DNA of 64,000 bases from contig OY761614.1 in assembly GCA_963664825.1 (NCBI GenBank), positions 2,464,001-2,528,000 on the forward strand, written 5' to 3'. The position numbers and the translations under genes are program-made. Below the pieces are notes generated by a model. The model did no database searches and was not told the origin of the DNA. It worked only from the letters and a program-made list of their open reading frames with translations. This document shows positions 8,490 to 18,862 of this stretch, piece by piece; the first letter of the stretch is position 1; each line of letters opens with the position of its first letter. The DNA comes from an uncultured Holophaga sp. (GTDB lineage: Bacteria > Acidobacteriota > Holophagae > Holophagales > Holophagaceae).

Positions 8490-9632
8490 GTGAAAGCTTC
8501 CCTAGCGAGTTCTCCCTGGCTTGTGTGGGCCATTCCGATGAGCTTCGGGCTCTTCGGGATCCTCACGTTCGCCATCCGCATGCTCCGCCTGCGGAGGAAG
8601 ACGCCCCAGGATCCCGAGCAGATGCTCCTGGGGGCGGTCTCGGCCAGCCTGCAGGAGCGGGGGCAGCTGGCGGCTTCCCTGGGGGAACTGAGAACGGTCC
8701 ACGAGCGGATACTGGACGCGCTGCCCTTCGGTCTGCTGTGGGTGGACCAGCGCCAGCAGATGGCCGCCCTGAACGCCCGGGGCATGGAGCTATTGGGTGT
8801 GAAGCGGGGCGTGGTGGGCCTGGACGCTGCCTTCGTGCTGGAGCCTTTCCCCTGGCTCCTGAAGGGCCTGGCCGAAGCCCCCGGTGAACCCTGGCGGTGC
8901 GAAGGCGGAGCCAGGCGCTGGGAGTTGCATCGGATCGAGGCGCCCAATAAGATCGGCGCCCTGCTGCGCTTCGAGGATGTCACCGAACTGGAGGCAGATG
9001 AGCGGCGCCGGGCCCTCCGTGAGCGTTTCGCGGAACTGGGGGAGATGACCGCCGGCGTGGCCCACCAGCTGAAGAATGGCTTGGCTGTGCTCAAGGGTCA
9101 TGGCCAGCTCCTCTCCCGGGCCGGGCACACCTCGGTGGCCCGGGAGGTGTTGGACGAGACGGAGAATCTGGAGCGGCTGGTCCAGCGATTCCTGCAATGG
9201 GCCAAACCCCTGGACCCTCAGTGCGAGGCCCTGGATCTCTCGGAAGCCCTGGCTCAGGCCATCGGCGAAATCCAGCGCAGGCCCGCCTTTCGGGAGGTGC
9301 GATTCTTCACCGAAGGGCAGGGGATGGCCCTGGCGGACTCCATGCTGCTCCACCAATCCCTGGTGAACCTCCTGGAGAATGCCTGCCAGGCCATGTCGGG
9401 CGCGGGATGTGTCTACGTGAAGGTGCAGGAGGCCCGCATCCTCATCGAGGACGAGGGACCGGGTTTCGGTGAAGAGACCCTGATCCGGATGCTGCGCCCC
9501 TTCGAGAGTGGCCGCCCTGAGGGCACGGGCCTTGGCCTGCCCCTGGCCTTGAAGTGGCTCAACGCCCAAGGGGCCGATCTGCATATCGAAGCCCGGGAAG
9601 GTGGCGGCACGCGCCTTTGCATTAGCTGGTAG
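8490..9632 (+). CDS. Sensor histidine kinase
   Basis: TM helix, PAS-like region, H-box AGVAHQLKN, N-box NLLENA, DEGPG, GTGLGL. Confidence 0.9.
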   Translation: MKASLASSPWLVWAIPMSFGLFGILTFAIRMLRLRRKTPQDPEQMLLGAVSASLQERGQLAASLGELRTVHERILDALPFGLLWVDQRQQMAALNARGMELLGVKRGVVGLDAAFVLEPFPWLLKGLAEAPGEPWRCEGGARRWELHRIEAPNKIGALLRFEDVTELEADERRRALRERFAELGEMTAGVAHQLKNGLAVLKGHGQLLSRAGHTSVAREVLDETENLERLVQRFLQWAKPLDPQCEALDLSEALAQAIGEIQRRPAFREVRFFTEGQGMALADSMLLHQSLVNLLENACQAMSGAGCVYVKVQEARILIEDEGPGFGEETLIRMLRPFESGRPEGTGLGLPLALKWLNAQGADLHIEAREGGGTRLCISW

Positions 9633-9647
9633 ATGTAGAATCGGCCC

Positions 9648-11363
9648 ATGCGCATAGGTATCCTCCAGCTCAATTCCCTTCTCGCCGATCCCGAGGCCAA
9701 TGGTCGGGCCCTCGAAGCCGCCTATGGTCGGGCCATCGCCATGGGCGCCGAACTGGTCCTGACGCCCGAGATGGCCGTACCGGGATACCTGGCTGAGGAC
9801 CGCCTCTGGGAGGTGGGCCTCAGGCGGCGCATTGTAGCGGAGAGCGAACGCCTCGCGGGCATCGCCGGGGAGGTGCCCCTGGTGCTCGGCACATGCAGCC
9901 CCAGCCCCTCGGGCCGCCTGTGGAACGAACTCTGGTGGTGTGAGAAGGGTGCCGTGAAGGTCCAGGCCCGCAAGCGGATCCTGGCGGCCTACGATGTCTT
10001 CGACGAGACGCGGTACTTCGATCCCGGAGGGGAGGTGCCCGGCCTCGTCTCCTTCAAGGGCGAGCGGGTGGGCCTCTCCATCTGCGAGGATCTGTGGGCG
10101 GATCCCGAACTGGCTCCGGGGCCCATCCGCTATGCCTTCGATCCCATCCGGGACCTGGCCACCCAGGGGGCCACCTTGCTCCTCAACGCCAGCGCCAGTC
10201 CCGGCCATCTCGGGACCTGGGCGCCTGCGGGGAAGACACCTGAATGGGGTGTGCCGGGCAAGCTGGAACTCCGCCGTCGGCTCCTGCAGGGCCATGCCCG
10301 GCGCCACGGACTGCCCATCGCCTACGCCTCCCGGGTGGGGAGCGAAAGCTGGCTCACCTTCGATGGAGGCTCGGGCCTGGTCTTTCCCGATGGCACCTGG
10401 CGGGGCGCCCCGCCTTTCCAGGAATCGGTGTTCTTGGTCGATACCCAGGGCGGCGGCCTTCCCTGGGTGGTGGATCCTGGGGAGCCTCTGTGGCTGCGGA
10501 AGGCCCTGGGCCTGGGGCTCCGGGAGAACCTCTCCAAGCAGGGGCTCGAGGCCGTGGTGGTCGGCCTCTCCGGAGGCATCGATAGCGCGGTGGTGGTGGC
10601 CATGGCCGTCGAAAATCTCGGCCGGGAGCGCGTGCTGGGCGCCGCCCTTCCTACCCGCTACACCAGTGAAGAGAGCCTTCGCCTGGCGGAAGCCCAGGCC
10701 CAGCATCTCGGCATCCCCTTCCTGACCCTCAGCGCTGAGGAACCCTTCGTCGGCGCGAAAACCGCCCTGGAGAGCGTCTTCCCGGACCGGGTCTTCGGCA
10801 TCTCGGACGAGAATCTCCAGAGCCGGGCTCGCGGCGCCCTGCTCATGGCCCTGACCACGGAACCCTCGGTGCATCGCCTGCTGGGCACCAGCCGCGTGGC
10901 TGTGCTCAATACGGGCAACAAGAGCGAGGCGGCCACGGGCTACTTCACCCTCTACGGGGATGGCATCGGCGCCTTCGGGATCCTGGGGGACTGCCTCAAA
11001 CAGCGCGTCTTTGCCCTGGCCCGGGAGCTCGGCGAGCTGATCCCGGAGGGCATCCTGCGGCGCAAGCCGACCGCCGAGCTGGCTCCCGGTCAGACAGACG
11101 AGGGTAGCCTCCTGCCATACGCCATCCTGGACCCCATCCTGGCCGCCTACATCGAGACCAGCCGACCCCTGGAATGCCTCTCCGAGGATCTCGCCTCGGT
11201 CTTGGAGGGCGAGAACCTGGAACAGGCTCGCTCGGCCATTCCCCGCATCCTGCGCCTCCTGCGGGGCAGCGAATTCAAGCGCCGCCAGCTGCCCTTCGCC
11301 CTCAAGGTGAGCCCTCGCGCCTTCGGCCGGGGACGCCGGATTCCGCTCACCGCGACGACGTGA
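9648..11363 (+). CDS. nadE: Glutamine-dependent NAD+ synthetase
   Basis: Nitrilase domain (PE, K..L..YDVFDE.RYF, ICEDLW) plus synthetase domain (GLSGGIDS, ENLQSRARG, TGNKSE, PTAEL, EFKRRQ). Confidence 0.96.
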   Translation: MRIGILQLNSLLADPEANGRALEAAYGRAIAMGAELVLTPEMAVPGYLAEDRLWEVGLRRRIVAESERLAGIAGEVPLVLGTCSPSPSGRLWNELWWCEKGAVKVQARKRILAAYDVFDETRYFDPGGEVPGLVSFKGERVGLSICEDLWADPELAPGPIRYAFDPIRDLATQGATLLLNASASPGHLGTWAPAGKTPEWGVPGKLELRRRLLQGHARRHGLPIAYASRVGSESWLTFDGGSGLVFPDGTWRGAPPFQESVFLVDTQGGGLPWVVDPGEPLWLRKALGLGLRENLSKQGLEAVVVGLSGGIDSAVVVAMAVENLGRERVLGAALPTRYTSEESLRLAEAQAQHLGIPFLTLSAEEPFVGAKTALESVFPDRVFGISDENLQSRARGALLMALTTEPSVHRLLGTSRVAVLNTGNKSEAATGYFTLYGDGIGAFGILGDCLKQRVFALARELGELIPEGILRRKPTAELAPGQTDEGSLLPYAILDPILAAYIETSRPLECLSEDLASVLEGENLEQARSAIPRILRLLRGSEFKRRQLPFALKVSPRAFGRGRRIPLTATT

Positions 11364-12069
11364 AGTAGTCCTTTTCGGGCCAACCGCCGATGATGATGCT
11401 CATGCAGGCCTGGGCGATGGTCTCCACGTTCTGACGCTGGTTATTGAATACCGCGTCGTACCAGCGGGAAGACGTGATATCGGTCTGCAGACACTCACTG
11501 ATGAACTTCTCCCGGAGTTTGGACTGGGTGCGCACCAGCTCCTCGGCTTCCGGGAGGGGAATCTCGAGTCGGCGCGCCAGGGTCGAGGCCCGGAAGGCGA
11601 AGCTGCCCTCCAGGCGGAAGTGATAGCAGTTCTTCAGGTCCTGACAGACCACGGCACCCCCCCGGCCCACGATGATCGCGTTGCCAGCCGAGGCGATCTG
11701 GACGAGGTGCTTCACCAGTTTGGCGTAGGCCTCGTCATGGGTGAGATAGCCAAAATAGGTCTTGAGGACATCCACGGCATGGCTCTCGTCCCCCAGGTGG
11801 CTCAGGAGCTGGAGGGAGAGCTGCTCGTCGGTCGCCACCTTCTCGAGGAGAGCCTTATCGAAAATGCCCCAGGGCTCACCCGTGGATTGGACCAGGAGCC
11901 CCTGGAGGCGCTCGGCCAGGGGGTAGCCTTCGCATCCGTATTCCCGGGAGATGGTGATGGCCGGGTGGCGAGTCCCCTTGGGCACCCGAGCCAGCCGTTC
12001 CCGCAGCTGGAGCCATGCGGATTCCCGCTTTTCGATGCTCGGGATAAGGGAATCGTAGGTCTTGGCCAT
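11347..12069 (-). CDS. Cytidylate kinase-like family protein
   Basis: ITISREYGCEG, IIVGRGG, YDAVFN; GGAG RBS before ATG 12069. Confidence 0.85.
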   Translation of the reverse strand: MAKTYDSLIPSIEKRESAWLQLRERLARVPKGTRHPAITISREYGCEGYPLAERLQGLLVQSTGEPWGIFDKALLEKVATDEQLSLQLLSHLGDESHAVDVLKTYFGYLTHDEAYAKLVKHLVQIASAGNAIIVGRGGAVVCQDLKNCYHFRLEGSFAFRASTLARRLEIPLPEAEELVRTQSKLREKFISECLQTDITSSRWYDAVFNNQRQNVETIAQACMSIIIGGWPEKDYFTSSR

Positions 12070-12321
12070 GGATGCTCCGACGTCTTCAGCTTGGGGAGGG
12101 GATACCTTGAACAATAGGGCGGCCCCGGCCCCTGGCAAGGCTTGAGAGAGCCCCGGGGGGGGAGTTCTTCCCCCCGGCGCGTCCCCCTGGAGGCTTCATG
12201 AGGGAAGGCGGATCTGCATCACATGCCTCCGCCATGCACGAGTCGTGGCAGGATTCAAGGGTGCTGGCCAGGCCTCGCCCTTGATAACCTGAGATCTGCA
12301 ACAATCTTCCCCCAGAGGTCT

Positions 12322-13032
12322 ATGACTGCTCCCCAGGTTCCCGCTCGCAATGCAACGTTTCAGGCTCTGGAGGCCGCTCTCGGCACCTGCGGATCGGTCT
12401 TTCCCGCCAAGGGGGAAGGCTCGATCAAGCCGCGTCGGGCCTCCTTCAAGCCTAGCCCCAGACTGGCCGAAGCCCTGCTGTTTGCCCTCGAGAAACATGG
12501 TGACCAGGCCCGGAAGGGTACGGCCATCCCTTACGTGACCCATTTGCTGGCCGTGGCAGCCCTGGTCGGCGAGAGCGGCGGCAGCGAAGATGAAATGGTG
12601 GCGGCCCTCCTGCACGATGTCGTGGAGGATGGCGGGGGAGCACCCGTGCAGGACGAGCTCCGGCAGCGCTTCGGGAATACCGTGGCCGAGATCGTGAACG
12701 CCTGCACCGATGATGATTCAGGGGCCGAAAAGGCACCCTGGCTGGGACGCAAGCGGAACTATCTGGAGCATCTGGCCAAGGCTCCCTTGAATGTCCTGCG
12801 GGTGGCCTGCGCCGACAAACTGCACAATGCCGGAGCCATCGCCCGGGATTTCAGGGACCAGGGACCGGCGGTCTTCCAGCGCTTTCGCGGGGATCGGGAG
12901 GGCACGCTCTGGTACTACCGCTCCTTGGCCCGCATCTTCGGGGCCCTGGTGCTCGATGAACCCGATCTGGATCCGGGTTTCCGGAACCTGATCCGGGAAC
13001 TCCGCGAGACGGTGGCAGGGCTGGAAAACTGA
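12322..13032 (+). CDS. HD-domain hydrolase, small alarmone hydrolase (Mesh1/SpoT-HD-like)
   Basis: H..Q.RKG..IPY..H...VA, ALLHDVVED, ADKLHN. Start uncertain. Confidence 0.85.
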   Translation: MTAPQVPARNATFQALEAALGTCGSVFPAKGEGSIKPRRASFKPSPRLAEALLFALEKHGDQARKGTAIPYVTHLLAVAALVGESGGSEDEMVAALLHDVVEDGGGAPVQDELRQRFGNTVAEIVNACTDDDSGAEKAPWLGRKRNYLEHLAKAPLNVLRVACADKLHNAGAIARDFRDQGPAVFQRFRGDREGTLWYYRSLARIFGALVLDEPDLDPGFRNLIRELRETVAGLEN

Positions 13033-13125
13033 GGCAGAACCCACAGGCAGGATGCCCGTACCGGGTCATTGCGTTTTGAGGGCCTTGGCCTAGCTTGAGG
13101 CAGGAAAGCCTCACCGGGAGGGGAC

Positions 13126-13566
13126 ATGGCCAATGGAACCTGGGTGCTCGTATCTGATGCCTGCCGAGCCAGGATCTTCCTTGATCGGGGGAGGGGGGGC
13201 CTCGAGGAACTCGAAGGCTTCGCATGCCCCATGAGCCGGGAACACATCAGGGACCGGGTCTCGGACCGGGCCGGGCTCAAACCCGCCGGGGGCCACGGCG
13301 TTCGGACGGGGGCCTCCCAGGAAGTGGACCCCAAGGAGGCCGATGCCATGGCCTTCGCCCGGCATCTTGCGGAGGTCCTGCAACGGAAGTGGAATGAGCA
13401 TTCCTTCGGGGAGCTCGTGATCGCGGCGCCTCCCCACTTCCTCGGCCTCTTGAGGGGAGCCCTCAGTGAAACCGTGGCCCGTCGTGTGGTGGCTTCCTTC
13501 GACAGGGACTACACGACGCTGGATCTGGCCGAATTGAGTGCACACATCCACGCACACATCCGCTGA
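13126..13566 (+). CDS. Host attachment protein family (baeRF12/AtsE-like)
   Basis: TWVLVSDA.RARIF, FARHLAE.L, LVIAAPPHFLG.LR, D.DYT; GGAGG RBS. Confidence 0.85.
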   Translation: MANGTWVLVSDACRARIFLDRGRGGLEELEGFACPMSREHIRDRVSDRAGLKPAGGHGVRTGASQEVDPKEADAMAFARHLAEVLQRKWNEHSFGELVIAAPPHFLGLLRGALSETVARRVVASFDRDYTTLDLAELSAHIHAHIR

Positions 13567-13629
13567 ACCCTGAGCTGGAGCTAGGGGTTGCATTAATAGC
13601 GCGGTCCCGAGGGACCGCGCTATTACTTT

Positions 13630-13715
13630 TGGTACCGGTGGTCGGGATCGAACCGACACTCCCTTGCGGGAAGCAGATTTTGAGTCTGCCGCGTCTGCCA
13701 TTTCGCCACACCGGC
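13630..13715 (-). tRNA. tRNA-Leu (CAA)
   Basis: GCCGGTGTGGCGAAATGGCAGACGCGGCAGACTCAAAATCTGC...GGTTCGATCCC...ACCGGTACCA; long variable arm, encoded CCA. Confidence 0.97.
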
Positions 13716-13769
13716 GCGGACACCTAGCATAGCGCAGGCGGACCCGGAGGCGAAGGGCTCTGAAAACGA

Positions 13770-15047
13770 CTACTCCAGGCCGAAGGTGGACGCCTCGAGT
13801 TCCTGTTTGATCAGCGACATGAACTGGTCGGCGGTGGCGCCGTCGACGATGCGGTGATCGAAGGAGAGGCTGGAGAACATCATCTGGCGGATGGCGATGG
13901 CGTCGGAGCCGTCAGGGGCGCTGATGACCACGGGGCGCTTGACGATGGCGCCGATGCCCTGGATGGCCACCTGGGGCTGGTTGATAATGGGCAGGCCGAA
14001 GACATCCCCATAGACCCCTGGGTTGGTGATGGTGAAGGTCCCGCCGGAAAGCTCGTCGGGCTTGAGCTGCTTGGCGCGGGCGCGATCGGCCATATCCCGG
14101 AGCCCCCGGGCGAGGCCACCCAGATTCAGCTGGTCTGCGTTCCGGATGACTGGGACGATCAGGCCCCAGTCCAGGCTCACCGCGATGCCTAGGTTGATGT
14201 CCTGTTTGTAGACGATGGTATCCCCCTCCACGGAGGCATTCACCACGGGGAAGGCCCGGAGGGCCTTGGCCGCGGCGGCCATGATGAAGGGCATGAAGCT
14301 GAGCTTGACTTCATAGGCTTCCAGGAAGGCCTGCTTGTGCCTTTCCCGCAGCCTGGCCACAGGCGTCATATCGATCTCGAAGACCGTATAGACATGGGCG
14401 CTGCTGCGCTTGGAGGCGAGCATGTTCTCGCTGATGAGTTTTCGCATGCGCGACATGGGCTCGATCTTCACCCGTTCCCCCGCGGCGAAGGCCGGCCGGG
14501 CTGGAACCGGTGCGGCAGGGATGTGGACCGCTGCGGAAGGGGGCTGGTGGGAGAGCCCGGCTAGGTGGGCCTCCATGTCTTCCCGGGTGACCCGGCCATG
14601 GAACCCGGTGCCCTTGAGGGTGCGAAGCTCGATGCCGTGGGCCCTGGCCATGGTGCGCACCAGGGGGCTGGACTTGGACGTCAGGCGACCCACGAGGGAG
14701 TTGTCGTCCTCGGCGGCACCGCCCGCCGATGGTGTCCCAGGGGTTGGCAGGGGCATAGGGGCAGGTGGAGTCTTGGTGGCGCTGGCAGGACTCGCCGGGG
14801 CTTTTTCGGAGCCGTCCCCGATGCGAGCCACCACCGAGCCCACAGGCACAGTCTGGTTCTCGGGCACCAGGATCTCCAGGAGCGTGCCGGCGATGGGGGC
14901 GGGAATCTCTGCGTCCACCTTATCGGTGGAGATTTCAAAGAGGGTTTCGTCCTTGCCGATGAGCTCTCCGACCTTGCGATGCCATTTGAGGATGGTGGCC
15001 TCTGCGATGGATTCGCCCATCTGCGGCATGATGACATCGAAGGCCAT
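13770..15047 (-). CDS. 2-oxo-acid dehydrogenase E2 (dihydrolipoamide acyltransferase)
   Basis: Lipoyl domain MPQMGESI...STDKVD, E3-binding SPLVR...GTG..GRVT, catalytic SFDHRIVDG. Confidence 0.95.
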   Translation of the reverse strand: MAFDVIMPQMGESIAEATILKWHRKVGELIGKDETLFEISTDKVDAEIPAPIAGTLLEILVPENQTVPVGSVVARIGDGSEKAPASPASATKTPPAPMPLPTPGTPSAGGAAEDDNSLVGRLTSKSSPLVRTMARAHGIELRTLKGTGFHGRVTREDMEAHLAGLSHQPPSAAVHIPAAPVPARPAFAAGERVKIEPMSRMRKLISENMLASKRSSAHVYTVFEIDMTPVARLRERHKQAFLEAYEVKLSFMPFIMAAAAKALRAFPVVNASVEGDTIVYKQDINLGIAVSLDWGLIVPVIRNADQLNLGGLARGLRDMADRARAKQLKPDELSGGTFTITNPGVYGDVFGLPIINQPQVAIQGIGAIVKRPVVISAPDGSDAIAIRQMMFSSLSFDHRIVDGATADQFMSLIKQELEASTFGLE

Positions 15048-15058
15048 GGGGGCTCCTA

Positions 15059-16510
15059 TCACGTGAGGGGCGGTTTTTGAAGGTGATGGTCCGTGAGTTC
15101 CTGGAAGGTCGCCGCCACTTCAAGGAGGCGGGTATCGGAGAGCGAAGGGCCCACCAGCTGGAGGCCCACGGGCATTCCTTGAGAGAAACCCGCAGGAATG
15201 GCCAGTGCGGGAAGGGCGGCCAGGGCCATGGTCACAGTGAAAATATCAGCCAGGTACATAGACAAGGGGTCTGACGTCTTCTCCCCGAGGGGGAAGGCGA
15301 TGGAGGGGCTCACGGGTGTGGCCAGCAGATCCACATGCTTGAAGGCCTCCTGGAAATCCCGAGTGATGAGGGTCCTGACCTTGAGGGCTCGGAGGTAGAA
15401 ATCTTCGTAGTAACCCTTGGAGAGGCAAAAGGCCCCCAGCAGGATCCGGCGCTTGGCCTCCGGGCCGAAGCCCTGGTCTCGGGTATTGGAAATCATGTCG
15501 TGAAGGCTTTCACCAGGTTCCCGGGTGCCATATCTCACGCCATCGAAGCGGGAGAGGTTACTGGAGACCTCCGAGGTATTGAGGAGGTAATAGGTATCAA
15601 TGGCGAAGCGGGTGTGGGGGAGGGAGACCTCCACCAGTTCCACTCCCTCCGATGCCAGCCGGGCCAGTGCCGTTTCAAGCACGTCTCTGACGCCAGGGGT
15701 GATGCCTTCGGCGAAGTATTCCTTGGGAAGGCCGATCCGCAGCCCCTTGAGGGGGGCTGGCTGGAGGTCCAGGAGCCGCGCCTGGGTGGGCAATGCCTGG
15801 CTGGTGCTATCGAGAGGGTCCGCACCGGCCATGACGGCCAGGCCGAGGGCCAAATCTTTGACACAGGAGGCCACAGGGCCCACCTGGTCGAGAGAAGAGG
15901 CCATGGCCGTCACGCCGAAGCGGCTCAGCACGCCATAGGTGGGGCGCAGGGCGCTGACGCCGCAAAAGCTTGCGGGAAGTCGCACGGAACCGCCGGTGTC
16001 GGTGCCGAGGGCGAAGGGTGCGTAGCCTGCCGCGACGGCCACGATGGGGCCGGAACTGCTGCCGCCGGGCACGCGAGAGAGATCCCAGGGATTTCCCGTG
16101 GCCCCAAAGGCGCTGAACTCGCCGCTGGATCCCATGGCGAATTCGTCCATATTGGCCTTGGCCAGGGGCACGGCCCCTGCGTCCAGCAGCCGCTGGACGA
16201 CCGTGGCGTTGTAGGTGGAGGTGAAACCCTCCAGGATCCTGGAACCATTGCCCAGGGGCATCCCCTTCAGGTTGATGTTGTCCTTGATGACGATGGGGAT
16301 TCCAAGCATCGGCCCCTTCTCGCCCCGATGGAGGCGGAGGTCCGCGGCCTGGGCCGCCGCCAGGGTCTGGCTCCGGTCGCGGTGGGTGAGGGCATGGAGC
16401 CTCGTTTCCAGCGCGTCCATTCGATCCATGCATGTCTGTGCCAGGAAGGTTGAGGAGAGATCCCCTGCATCGAGTCCATTCCGCCATTCGACAAGGGAAG
16501 TGCCGCCCAT
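15059..16510 (-). CDS. gatA: Asp/Glu-tRNA amidotransferase subunit A
   Basis: KDNI, NMDEFAMGSS, PGGSSSG, GTDTGGSVRLPA, SSNLSRFDGVRYG, KRRILLG. Confidence 0.96.
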   Translation of the reverse strand: MGGTSLVEWRNGLDAGDLSSTFLAQTCMDRMDALETRLHALTHRDRSQTLAAAQAADLRLHRGEKGPMLGIPIVIKDNINLKGMPLGNGSRILEGFTSTYNATVVQRLLDAGAVPLAKANMDEFAMGSSGEFSAFGATGNPWDLSRVPGGSSSGPIVAVAAGYAPFALGTDTGGSVRLPASFCGVSALRPTYGVLSRFGVTAMASSLDQVGPVASCVKDLALGLAVMAGADPLDSTSQALPTQARLLDLQPAPLKGLRIGLPKEYFAEGITPGVRDVLETALARLASEGVELVEVSLPHTRFAIDTYYLLNTSEVSSNLSRFDGVRYGTREPGESLHDMISNTRDQGFGPEAKRRILLGAFCLSKGYYEDFYLRALKVRTLITRDFQEAFKHVDLLATPVSPSIAFPLGEKTSDPLSMYLADIFTVTMALAALPALAIPAGFSQGMPVGLQLVGPSLSDTRLLEVAATFQELTDHHLQKPPLT

Positions 16511-16684
16511 CTGTTTGTTCTCCGGAGATCGAGTGTGGCAGTATTCGCGACGGGAGGTGGTTTTGCGGCCTCCGGTATTGAGTTCTCGTGGTGGTATTTC
16601 GATTCCGAGACTAGGCTATCCTCTTGTTCCAGCCGCACCAGAACCCACACGATCGACAATCCCAAGCTCCACGCCGGAAGACTG

Positions 16685-16930
16685 ATGAATCCCTTCGAAG
16701 CTCTCGAGATAGCCCCGGGCGCCTCCTTTGAGGAGGTCAAGACTGCTTACCATCGGCTGGTCCAGCAGTGGCATCCCGTTCGCTTTCCCGGGGTCGAGAA
16801 GGCTGAGGCCGAGAGCCGTTGCAGAGGTTTCAGGAGACTAGGTCCGGGTTCGGCTCTTCCGACCTCGAAGGCCCGGGGACTCATGGACCCGTTTAATGCC
16901 CTGATCGGGCGCCTTTTCAAGAGGGGATGA
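16685..16930 (+). pseudogene. Truncated or degenerate DnaJ J-domain protein
   Basis: MNPFEALEI..GAS.EEVK.AYHRL..QWHPVRF; HPD motif changed to HPV and J-domain similarity lost after EAESR. Confidence 0.6.
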
Positions 16931-16934
16931 GGAC

Positions 16935-17723
16935 ATGCAGGTGGTTGCTGCCGGGCAGACGGACGTGGGGTGCGTCAGAAAGCATAACGAGGACAATTTC
17001 CTCGTCGATAACGAGCTAGGGCTCTTCGTGGTGGCTGACGGACTGGGAGGCCATGCGGCCGGCGAGGTCGCCAGCCAAATCACGGTCGAGCGGATCGGCC
17101 AGTTCATCGCCCAGACCGTGGAGCCGGACCGGACATGGCCCCATGATTACGACGCAAGCCTTCCCCACGATGGAAATCGGCTGAAGGCCGCACTCCTCCT
17201 CTCGGATCAGGCCATCCTGGACGATATTCGGAATCACCCCGAGCGGGAATCCATGGGATCCACTGTTGTGGCCTGTCTGGTCCAGGATGCTCGAATCACC
17301 CTGGTGCACGTGGGCGATAGCCGGGCCTATATATTGGATGGGAAGGGTATCCGCCAGATCACTCGGGATCATTCCTGGGTCGCCGAGCAGGTGGCCAATG
17401 GCATCCTCACCTCCGACGAAGCCCGGAAACACCCCTTCCGGAACGTCATCACCCAGGCCCTGGGTAATGGCGGGGATCTGGACGTTGCGGTCCAGGAAGT
17501 TCAAGCCAAGGAATTGGACCGGATTTTGCTTTGTTCCGATGGACTCTCGGGAATGGTTCAAGACACTGACATCTGGACTATCGTTCAGAATGCTCAAAAC
17601 CTTCAGCAGGCCGCCCGGGATTTGATTGAAAGAGCCAGAGATAACGGGGGAGAAGACAACATAACCGTGGTTATCATCGGTTTTGAACCGGGCGAACCAA
17701 GTCAACTCGGTGAAAAACCTTGA
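16935..17723 (+). CDS. PP2C-type Ser/Thr protein phosphatase (Stp1 family)
   Basis: TDVG.VR..NED, VADGLGGH.AGEVAS, HVGDSRAY, LCSDGL, GGEDNIT. Confidence 0.95.
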   Translation: MQVVAAGQTDVGCVRKHNEDNFLVDNELGLFVVADGLGGHAAGEVASQITVERIGQFIAQTVEPDRTWPHDYDASLPHDGNRLKAALLLSDQAILDDIRNHPERESMGSTVVACLVQDARITLVHVGDSRAYILDGKGIRQITRDHSWVAEQVANGILTSDEARKHPFRNVITQALGNGGDLDVAVQEVQAKELDRILLCSDGLSGMVQDTDIWTIVQNAQNLQQAARDLIERARDNGGEDNITVVIIGFEPGEPSQLGEKP

Positions 17724-17779
17724 CGAGGGCAATCGCGACGTTAGAATTTAATGCCAATAACTCTTAAGCGAGGCTCCCT

Positions 17780-18862
17780 GTGGGTCTTTTCGATAGCAAG
17801 AAAAAACTACTTGTCGGCTTGGATATCGGTTCGAGCTGCATAAAGGTCTGCGAACTGCAGGCCATCGGCAAGGGCAGCGGCCAGCGCTATCGGCTGCAGA
17901 AACTCGGTATTGCGCCCGTTCCCCACGACGCCATCGTCGATGGGGACATCATGGACAGCAACGCCGTTTCCACCGCCATCCGCCAAGTGCTCGCCGAACA
18001 GAAGATCAAGGCCAAGGACGTGGCGGTTTCCGTTTCGGGCCAGCAGGTGATGGTCAAAAAAGTGACCTTCCCCCTCATGAGCCCCGCGGAACTGGCGGAA
18101 TCCGTTCGTTGGGAGGCGGAGAGCTTCTTCCCCGCAGGCCAGGGCCTGGATTCCTATGCCTTGGATTTCGCGGTCATTGAGGAACGCCCGGGGGATGGCA
18201 ACATGGATGTGGTCCTCGTGGCCTGCCGCAAGGACAAGATGGAGGCTTATCTGACCTGCGTGGCCCAGGCTGGGGCCAGGCCTCTGGCCGTGGATGTGGA
18301 TGTCTTCGCCCTTCAGAACGCCTACGAAGCCAGTGCCTCCCCCGGGGCCCGGGACGAGGTGGTGGCTCTGGTGAATATCGGTGCGAATTTCACCAATATG
18401 ACCATGCTTGTCGGCAACCGGTCCGTTTTCTGGCGGGATATCGCTTGGGGAGGGCACCGCTTCACCGACAAACTCATGGAGGATTGGGGGGTCACCCGGG
18501 AAGGGGCTGAACTCCTCAAACAGGGGCAGGCCACGGAAGGGCGCACGCCCGAAGAGGTGGAACCCTCCCTCTCGGCCATCTCGGATTCCTTCGCCGACGA
18601 GCTCGGCCGGACCATCGACTTTTTCCGCTCCAGTTTCAAGGTGGATCGCCTCGACCGGGTGCTCCTCTCTGGAGGCAGCGCCAAGATCGTGGGGCTTACC
18701 GATATCCTCGGGGATCGTCTCCGGGTTTCAGTCGACCGATTCAATCCCTTCCAACTCATCGAGCTGGATGACCGCTCGGTGGATCCCGCCGCTGTTCGTG
18801 AGATTGGGAGTTCCGCTGCCATCGCGGTCGGATTGGCGCTTCGCCAAGTGGGGGACCGATGA
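17780..18862 (+). CDS. pilM: Type IV pilus assembly protein PilM
   Basis: VGLDIGSS.IK, VNIGA, LSGGSA, AVGLALR; first gene of pilMNOPQ. Confidence 0.95.
   Translation: MGLFDSKKKLLVGLDIGSSCIKVCELQAIGKGSGQRYRLQKLGIAPVPHDAIVDGDIMDSNAVSTAIRQVLAEQKIKAKDVAVSVSGQQVMVKKVTFPLMSPAELAESVRWEAESFFPAGQGLDSYALDFAVIEERPGDGNMDVVLVACRKDKMEAYLTCVAQAGARPLAVDVDVFALQNAYEASASPGARDEVVALVNIGANFTNMTMLVGNRSVFWRDIAWGGHRFTDKLMEDWGVTREGAELLKQGQATEGRTPEEVEPSLSAISDSFADELGRTIDFFRSSFKVDRLDRVLLSGGSAKIVGLTDILGDRLRVSVDRFNPFQLIELDDRSVDPAAVREIGSSAAIAVGLALRQVGDR

Noticed and set aside
12147..12180. G/C-run hairpin between the divergent cytidylate-kinase-like and HD genes as a riboswitch
   Set aside because: A single hairpin with no recognisable aptamer consensus or U-tract.
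13463..13723. ORFs overlapping tRNA genes (also 53007-53468 and 55223-55537)
   Set aside because: They are translations of tRNA sequence, not proteins.
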